Source of the DNA: Patescibacteria group bacterium
Lineage (GTDB): Bacteria > Patescibacteriota > Patescibacteriia > 2-01-FULL-39-33
Direction of reading: 5' to 3'
Length of the DNA: 32,000 nt
Assembly (NCBI GenBank): GCA_041649575.1
Contig: JBAZMW010000002.1
Span: 1-32,000 of the forward strand
The first letter of the stretch is position 1. Each line of letters opens with the position of its first letter. Below, piece by piece: positions 26,352 to 32,000 of this stretch. The notes under the pieces are model-generated. The model did not search any database, was not told where the DNA came from, and saw only the letters and a program-made list of their open reading frames with translations. Made by a program: the position numbers and the translations under genes.

Positions 26352-27463
26352 AAGTTTTGATGATTTCCATTGACAAGGGACTGCTGGGTCGCGGCCAGCT
26401 CGGCGATGTGGTTGAGCGCCATCGTAGATATGGCGAATTTTGTGAGCGTCTGGACATTATCGTCTTGAGTCAGCCCGGTTTTGTAAATTATCAAATTTCC
26501 GACAAGGTCATGGTTTATCCGACTAACTCGAAAAAAAAATGGAAATATTTTTTTGATGCCAAACGGATTGGCCGGGGATTGTTCAGGCAGACCAGTTATG
26601 ATTTAGTGGTGACCCAGGAGCCATTTTTAACCGGTTTAGTCGGTGTTGGTTTAAAAAAGAAATTTAGCAGTAAACTGTTGGTTCATTTTCATGGCGATTT
26701 TGTCGGTCTGCCTTTATTATTTGCCAAATTATTCGTGTTGCCGAAAGCCGATGGAATCAGAGTAATGAGCGAGGGACAAAAAGAAAAGTTGATCAGAGCG
26801 GGGATTAGTGAAAAAAGAATCAGGGTTATTTCCACGCCGGTTGATTTAATGAAGTTTGAAACTTATGGAGAGAAAGCGTCAGAAGAAGAATTGTTGAGGA
26901 ATTTAACCGTATCAGCGAGAGAAATTAAGTTTGTTTTAATGGTCGGCCGTAAAGATCTGGTTAAAGATTTTGATACTTTATTTAAGGCAATGAACTTAGT
27001 TTATGAAAAACATCCAGAGACTGGGTTGTGGCTGGTAGGCAATTACACTAACTATAGCGAGGTCAAACAACGACTAAACTTACCAGCGGATAAAATAATA
27101 TTTACCAGCAGAGTCAGCTCTAATGATTTAGCAGCTTATTATAAAATAGCTTATCTGACTGTTTTATCATCAATATCGGAAAGTTTCGGCAAAGTTTTAA
27201 TCGAGGCTAATGCTTGCGGCAAGCCGGTGGTTTCTACCGCCACAACCGGCGCCAAGGAGATTATTAAAGACGGTGAAAATGGCTTTTTGGTGCCCATTAA
27301 AGATTGCAAAGGGTTGGCTAAAAAAATTATTTATTTATTGGAAAATCCGGAGGTTGCCAAACAAATGGGAGAAAAGGGGAGGACGATGGTCAAAGAAAAA
27401 TTTAGCGACAACACCGGTAAAATCATTCAATTTTGGAATAATATAATTAATAATAAACTATGA
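26348..27463 (+). CDS. Glycosyltransferase family 4
   Basis: 'RVISTPVDLMKFE', 'TVLSSISESFGKVLIEANACGKPVVSTATTGAKEIIKDGENGFL'. Confidence 0.92.
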   Translation: MKVLMISIDKGLLGRGQLGDVVERHRRYGEFCERLDIIVLSQPGFVNYQISDKVMVYPTNSKKKWKYFFDAKRIGRGLFRQTSYDLVVTQEPFLTGLVGVGLKKKFSSKLLVHFHGDFVGLPLLFAKLFVLPKADGIRVMSEGQKEKLIRAGISEKRIRVISTPVDLMKFETYGEKASEEELLRNLTVSAREIKFVLMVGRKDLVKDFDTLFKAMNLVYEKHPETGLWLVGNYTNYSEVKQRLNLPADKIIFTSRVSSNDLAAYYKIAYLTVLSSISESFGKVLIEANACGKPVVSTATTGAKEIIKDGENGFLVPIKDCKGLAKKIIYLLENPEVAKQMGEKGRTMVKEKFSDNTGKIIQFWNNIINNKL

Positions 27464-28167
27464 ATAAGGTTTTTGTTTCTATTGCCACTTACAACGAAAA
27501 AGAGAATATTGAGAATTTAGTCAGGCAAATTTTTAGCCAGCAGGTTGACAATCTGTCTATCGTTGTAATTGACGACAATTCGCCCGATGGCACGGCGCAG
27601 ATTATCACTGGTTTAAAACAAGAATTTTCCGGCCTGAATCTGATTAAGCGTTCCGGCAAACTGGGCTATGGCAGCGCTCATATCGCCGGTTTCAAAAAAG
27701 CGATGGCCGAGGGGGCGGATATTATTGTTTCTATGGATGCCGATTTTTCCCATCAGCCAGAAAAAATTCCGGAGCTGGTGGCAGCTATTAGAAGTGGCAA
27801 CGACGTGGCTGTCGGTTCAAGAAAAATTAAAGGCGGAGAGGTTGTCGGCTGGGGCTGGTGGCGAAAATTTTGCAGCACCGGCGCCATGATGGCTTCTCAA
27901 GTTATCTTAGGCATCAAGACGCGCGATCTGACCAGCGGCTTCAGGGCCTATAAAAGAGAGGTTTTTGACCGGGTTGATTTGGACGGGATCAAAAGCGACG
28001 GCTATTCCTTTTTGGAAGAATTGATTTATTTGATTGAAAAACAGGGCTTTTCAATCAAAGAGATTCCCATTATTTTTCATGATCGTCGCTTGGGCCATTC
28101 AAAATTATCAAAAAAAGAAATAGTAAAATTTTTTGTTACCATTTTCAGAATTAAATTTGGCAAATGA
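27460..28167 (+). CDS. Polyprenol monophosphomannose synthase-like GT2 (Dpm1-type)
   Basis: 'VSIATYNEKENIENLV', 'VVIDDNSPDGTAQII', 'GKLGYGSAHIAGFKKAM', 'SMDADFSHQPEKIPEL', 'TSGFRAYKREVF', 'GYSFLEELIY'. Confidence 0.92.
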   Translation: MNKVFVSIATYNEKENIENLVRQIFSQQVDNLSIVVIDDNSPDGTAQIITGLKQEFSGLNLIKRSGKLGYGSAHIAGFKKAMAEGADIIVSMDADFSHQPEKIPELVAAIRSGNDVAVGSRKIKGGEVVGWGWWRKFCSTGAMMASQVILGIKTRDLTSGFRAYKREVFDRVDLDGIKSDGYSFLEELIYLIEKQGFSIKEIPIIFHDRRLGHSKLSKKEIVKFFVTIFRIKFGK

Positions 28168-29225
28168 AACTATTAATGATTACCAGAAAAGTCGATCCCC
28201 ACGACGCCTTAGCCGGCTTTACTTTTAATTGGGTAAAAAAAATCGGGGAGAATCTGGACGAACTCTATGTGATTTCTTGGCAAAAAGGGGACAGGGGAGA
28301 CTTGCCGGCCAAAATCAAAACCATTTTTTTACCTGACAATAAATTGAAAAAGGTGTTGGTTTTAGAAAAAGAGTTATTTAAAATCTTACCAAAAGTTAGT
28401 GGCGTTTTCTGCCACATGAATCCAGAGTATACAATTCTAGCGGCGTTTTTGGCCAAGATTTTTAGAAAAAAAATTGTTAGTTGGTACACGCACAAGACCG
28501 TCAGCTGGAGAAGGAGACTGGTAGAAGTTTTTGCTGACAAAATTTTAACTGCCTCAAAGGAAAGCTTTAGAGACCTTTGGTTTAAGGATAAAGTCGAGGT
28601 GACAGGACACGGAATTGATTTGGATGTTTTTAACAATATTGATTCTTACCATGGTTATGATGGTATTTTTCACATCATCACTGTTGGCCGGATTTCGCCG
28701 ACCAAAAATTATGAGTCAATGATTAAAGCGATGACCGAATTAAAAACTGAACCAGCGAGATTAATAATTGTCGGCGATGCGATTTTACCTTCGCAAATTC
28801 AATACTTAAAATCTTTAAATGAGATGGTAAAAAGGTTAAAGCTTGATTTTACAATCGATTCGAAAAATTATTCAAAAATATCTTTTGCTGGTTGGATTTC
28901 TAATCGTAAAATTCCCAATAGTTTGAAAACAACTGATTTATTTATAAATTTAAGCGGTACTGGCAGCTTAGATAAGGCAGTTTTGGAAGCCATGGCTTGT
29001 GGTTGCTTGGTTTTAACCTCCAATGAAGCGTTTAAAGATATTCTGCCCCCAGAATTAATGGTGGAAAAAAGCAATCCTCAAAAGTTGGCCGAAAAAATAA
29101 AGTGGCTGATGAATTTGCCAGCTGAGAGAAAAGCTGGGCTAAGACAACAATTACGGGACGAGGTTGTCAAAAACCATAACTTGGACGATTTAGTAAAAAA
29201 AATTGTGGCTCAATTTTATGCGTAA
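28164..29225 (+). CDS. Glycosyltransferase family 4
   Basis: 'VTGHGIDLDVFN', 'VGRISPTKNYESMI', 'LFINLSGTGSLDKAVLEAMACGCLVLTSNEAF'. Confidence 0.88.
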   Translation: MKLLMITRKVDPHDALAGFTFNWVKKIGENLDELYVISWQKGDRGDLPAKIKTIFLPDNKLKKVLVLEKELFKILPKVSGVFCHMNPEYTILAAFLAKIFRKKIVSWYTHKTVSWRRRLVEVFADKILTASKESFRDLWFKDKVEVTGHGIDLDVFNNIDSYHGYDGIFHIITVGRISPTKNYESMIKAMTELKTEPARLIIVGDAILPSQIQYLKSLNEMVKRLKLDFTIDSKNYSKISFAGWISNRKIPNSLKTTDLFINLSGTGSLDKAVLEAMACGCLVLTSNEAFKDILPPELMVEKSNPQKLAEKIKWLMNLPAERKAGLRQQLRDEVVKNHNLDDLVKKIVAQFYA

Positions 29226-30717
29226 TAAAATACTACTAATTTACCCAAGGTTTTATAAGATTGATTTTGATGCCAAGAGCTATCCTTTGGGCCTTTTGGC
29301 CATTGGCACGGTTTTGAAGCGGCAGGGTTTTGAAATCAAGTTGATCGATTTTTTAGTGGAAGATAATCCGTTGGAAGTTTTAGAAAAAGAATTAACCGAA
29401 AACGTTTTAGCCGTGGGCCTATCGGTAATGACGCCCCAAATAGCCGATGCCTTGAAAATCAGCCAAAAAATTAAAGATTATAACCGGGCTTTGCCGGTGA
29501 TTTGGGGCGGCATCCACCCTACGCTTTTTCCGGACCAGACTATTGTTCACCCTTTGATTGATTTTTTGATTGTCGGCGAGGGCGAAATTTCTTTTTCCAA
29601 ATTTTTGAGATTTTTGCAAGGCCAGGGCGAACTGGCCGATATTGGCGGCTTGGTTTACAAAAAAGACGGCCAGGTTTTTAAGAATCAAGAAAAAGAGTTG
29701 ATTGATTTAAATGATTTGCCTTTGATGGATTATTCTTTGCTTTCTTCAAAAACTTTGAAGTTCGATTCGATAATTTTTAATACTAGTCGCGGCTGTCCTT
29801 ATCGTTGCACTTTTTGTGTCAATATTTCTCTGCACAACCGAGCTTGGCGGTATCAGAAAGCAGAAAAAGTTTTGGAAGAGCTGGCCTATCTGGTCGATAC
29901 TCTGGGCTATAAAAAATTGAAATTTCAGGAAGATAATTTTTTTGTCAGTCAGGATCGGGTGGAAAAAATTTTGACGGGCATCGAGGAAAGGGGATTAAAA
30001 TTTCAATGGCTGGCTAATTGTCGGGTCAACTATTTTCGAGACGATTATTTAAACGACCAGTTTTTGGAAAAATTGAAGCGATCCGGCTGTTACAAGCTGA
30101 TGTTTGGGGCCGAATCTGGCTCACAGCGGGTTCTCGATTGGCTAAAGAAGGACATCACCGTGGCTCAGATAATCGAGTCTGCCCAGCTGTGCCAAAAGCA
30201 TGGTCTGCGAGCCAATTATTCGTTTATGTGCGCTCTGCCGACCGAGACCAAAAAAGAGAGACTGGAAACCCTAGAGTTGATTGACAGGTTGATGGCGATA
30301 GGCGATTGCATCGAGATTATCTCGCCCCAACCTTATCGGCCTTATCCCGGAGACGAGTTGGCACAGTATTGCCAAAAGTTAGGCTATCAATTTCCGGATA
30401 AACTGGAAGATTGGCCCAAGGTGGTGGCCAAGTCTATGGATAGCAGCTCCAGCAACCTGGAAAATTTTCCCTGGATTAAAAATCCCAATGAGATCCGGCT
30501 ACAGAGAGTTTGTTCTATTATCGCTACCAGCAAAAAAGGAATGAGGGGCTATATCAAAAGATACCCACTGGTTCTCGCTCCATTTATTGCCCTGTTTTAT
30601 TTATTGGAAAAAACCAGATGGAAATTGAAATTTTTTGGCTGGCCTTTAGAGTATTCGATTTTTATTAACTTGTATTGGCAGACGCAAAAATTGAGAAAAA
30701 AATTATTTATCAAATAA
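29218..30717 (+). CDS. B12-binding-domain radical SAM protein
   Basis: 'NKILLIYPRFYKIDFDAKSYPLGLLAIGTVLKRQGFEIKLIDFLVED' and 'TSRGCPYRCTFCVNIS' (CxxxCxxC). ATG at 29218 preferred over 29203. Confidence 0.92.
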   Translation: MRNKILLIYPRFYKIDFDAKSYPLGLLAIGTVLKRQGFEIKLIDFLVEDNPLEVLEKELTENVLAVGLSVMTPQIADALKISQKIKDYNRALPVIWGGIHPTLFPDQTIVHPLIDFLIVGEGEISFSKFLRFLQGQGELADIGGLVYKKDGQVFKNQEKELIDLNDLPLMDYSLLSSKTLKFDSIIFNTSRGCPYRCTFCVNISLHNRAWRYQKAEKVLEELAYLVDTLGYKKLKFQEDNFFVSQDRVEKILTGIEERGLKFQWLANCRVNYFRDDYLNDQFLEKLKRSGCYKLMFGAESGSQRVLDWLKKDITVAQIIESAQLCQKHGLRANYSFMCALPTETKKERLETLELIDRLMAIGDCIEIISPQPYRPYPGDELAQYCQKLGYQFPDKLEDWPKVVAKSMDSSSSNLENFPWIKNPNEIRLQRVCSIIATSKKGMRGYIKRYPLVLAPFIALFYLLEKTRWKLKFFGWPLEYSIFINLYWQTQKLRKKLFIK

Positions 30718-30718
30718 G

Positions 30719-31798
30719 ATGAAAATTTGTTATTTTGGCATTTATAATCCCAAGTATAGTCGCAATAGAGTTATTATTAAAGGACTAAAAGAAAATGGCA
30801 TAGAAGTCATAGAGTGCAGCAGCAATTTATCCGGGCTTAGAAAATATTTTGATTTAATAAAAAAACACAAAAAAATTAAAAAAGATTACGACTTAATGAT
30901 TGTTGGCTTTCCCAGCAATCAGGCGGCGTTTCTGGCCAAATTTCTGACTCGAAAACCGGTGATAGCCGATGCTTTCGTGTCTTTTTATGATTCGATGATC
31001 TTTGATCGAAAAAATCATTCCCCTCGCAGTTTACCGGCGCTCTATTATTGGTTTTTAGATTGGTTGCCGGCACGGTTTTCCGATTTAGTTTTATTAGACA
31101 CCCGAGTCCACATTAATTATTTTGTGCGCACCTTCGGCATAAGAGAGGAGAAGTTTGAACGCGTTTTGGTGGGAACTGATGAGAGTGAGATATATTTTGA
31201 CCCGGCCTTAAAGAAAAAACTTGATTATTTTTTGGTTCATTACCATGCTAGCTTTTTACCGCTCCAGGGAACCGAATATATTATTAAAGCGGCCAAAATT
31301 TTGGAAAAAGAAAATATCAGGTTTAATATTATTGGCAGTGGCCCGGAATATAATAAGATTATCAAGTTGGCTCAAAGCCTGGAGACTAATAACACGGAAT
31401 TCATCAAGCCAGTCCCTTATGAGAAATTAAGGCAATATATTTCGGTGGCCGATATTTGTTTAGGGATTTTTGGCCAAACACCTAAGACCAGCCGGGTTAT
31501 ACCCAACAAAATTTATGAAGCGATTGCTTGTGGCAAAGCAGTGATTACCGCTGATGAGCCGGCTATCCATGAAGTGTTTACCGATGGTAGTAATATTGTT
31601 TTGTGTCACTCGGCTGATCCGAAAGATTTGGCAGAAAAAATTTTGTTTCTAAGAGATCACCAAGCGCTAAGACAGAGGATTGCCGATAGTGCCTATGAAT
31701 TTTTTCTATATAAACTAACACCAAGAGTTATAGTGGAGCAACTGATCAAGAGATTGAAAAAAGAATTCTTAAACGATAAAGCCAGAGAGAATGTATAA
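30719..31798 (+). CDS. Glycosyltransferase family 4-like
   Basis: 'KRVLVGTDES'-type acceptor/donor linker ('ERVLVGTDESEIYF'), 'DICLGIFGQTPKTSRVIPNKIYEAIACGKAVITADEPAIHEVFTDGSN'. Confidence 0.88.
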   Translation: MKICYFGIYNPKYSRNRVIIKGLKENGIEVIECSSNLSGLRKYFDLIKKHKKIKKDYDLMIVGFPSNQAAFLAKFLTRKPVIADAFVSFYDSMIFDRKNHSPRSLPALYYWFLDWLPARFSDLVLLDTRVHINYFVRTFGIREEKFERVLVGTDESEIYFDPALKKKLDYFLVHYHASFLPLQGTEYIIKAAKILEKENIRFNIIGSGPEYNKIIKLAQSLETNNTEFIKPVPYEKLRQYISVADICLGIFGQTPKTSRVIPNKIYEAIACGKAVITADEPAIHEVFTDGSNIVLCHSADPKDLAEKILFLRDHQALRQRIADSAYEFFLYKLTPRVIVEQLIKRLKKEFLNDKARENV

Positions 31799-32000
31799 AA
31801 TCACAAGTCCCCATGATATTTTACTTATTCTGCCACCGAAGCGGTTTAAGGAACACCGTTATTCTTTGGGTTTGATGTATATCTCTGGTTATTTGCGCGA
31901 TCATGGCTATGATAATACTATAATTGAAAGCAAGATTTTTGGCGGTAAAGATTATCAGTACGACCGAGAGAAAGCTAGAGAAGAAATTATTGAAATAGTA
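31791..32000 (+). CDS. Third B12-binding/radical SAM-type protein, 3'-truncated by window edge
   Basis: Open frame from ATG 31791, not in the ORF track: MYKITSPHDILLILPPKRFKEHRYSLGLMYISGYLRDHGYDNTIIESKIFGGKDYQYDREKAREEIIEIV. The N-terminus resembles the other two cobalamin-binding-type N-termini. Confidence 0.7.
   Translation, partial: MYKITSPHDILLILPPKRFKEHRYSLGLMYISGYLRDHGYDNTIIESKIFGGKDYQYDREKAREEIIEIV

Noticed and set aside
1-32000. CRISPR array, retron, toxin-antitoxin or other defence-type system
   Set aside because: No regular direct-repeat array, reverse transcriptase, nuclease or recognisable toxin/antitoxin pair was visible.

Overview
This 32 kb window looks like a cell-envelope and surface-glycan region of a bacterium. 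The gene repertoire and surface-protein style suggest a Patescibacteria/CPR (Parcubacteria-like) genome, but that is inference and no rRNA or marker gene is present. Left part: a 5'-truncated XerC/D-type tyrosine recombinase overlapping tail-to-tail with a small HTH gene that has its own promoter and palindromic operator; an ECF-type sigma factor plus a DUF5667-like membrane protein; and a very large secreted/S-layer-like repeat protein behind a long, potentially structured 5' leader. Middle: a TPR protein, a TMTC-like GT-C enzyme with C-terminal TPRs, a GT39/PMT-like enzyme, a WaaL/Wzy-like O-antigen ligase/polymerase with C-terminal TPRs, and two small secreted surface proteins. Right part: a GT4 enzyme on the minus strand, a truncated UDP-sugar dehydrogenase-like protein, an isolated GC-richer Nudix-like gene with its own promoter, Shine-Dalgarno and terminator, then a tightly packed plus-strand block of 11 genes (19028 to window end) with GT4 glycosyltransferases, a GT39-like enzyme, a Dpm1-like polyprenol-phosphate mannosyltransferase, a FAD oxidoreductase, a methyltransferase and three B12-binding-type radical SAM proteins. 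No CRISPR array, rRNA, tRNA or transposase was seen. Best second-look items: the undescribed structured leader before the giant surface gene; three 9-4-9 perfect inverted repeats near surface-protein genes; a REP/RPE-like dispersed repeat read in frame inside a glycosyltransferase gene; a bipartite domain shared by two surface proteins; the Nudix-like cassette; and a candidate lipid-linked mannose/GT-C surface glycosylation pathway. I do not see a clearly novel defence or mobile system.
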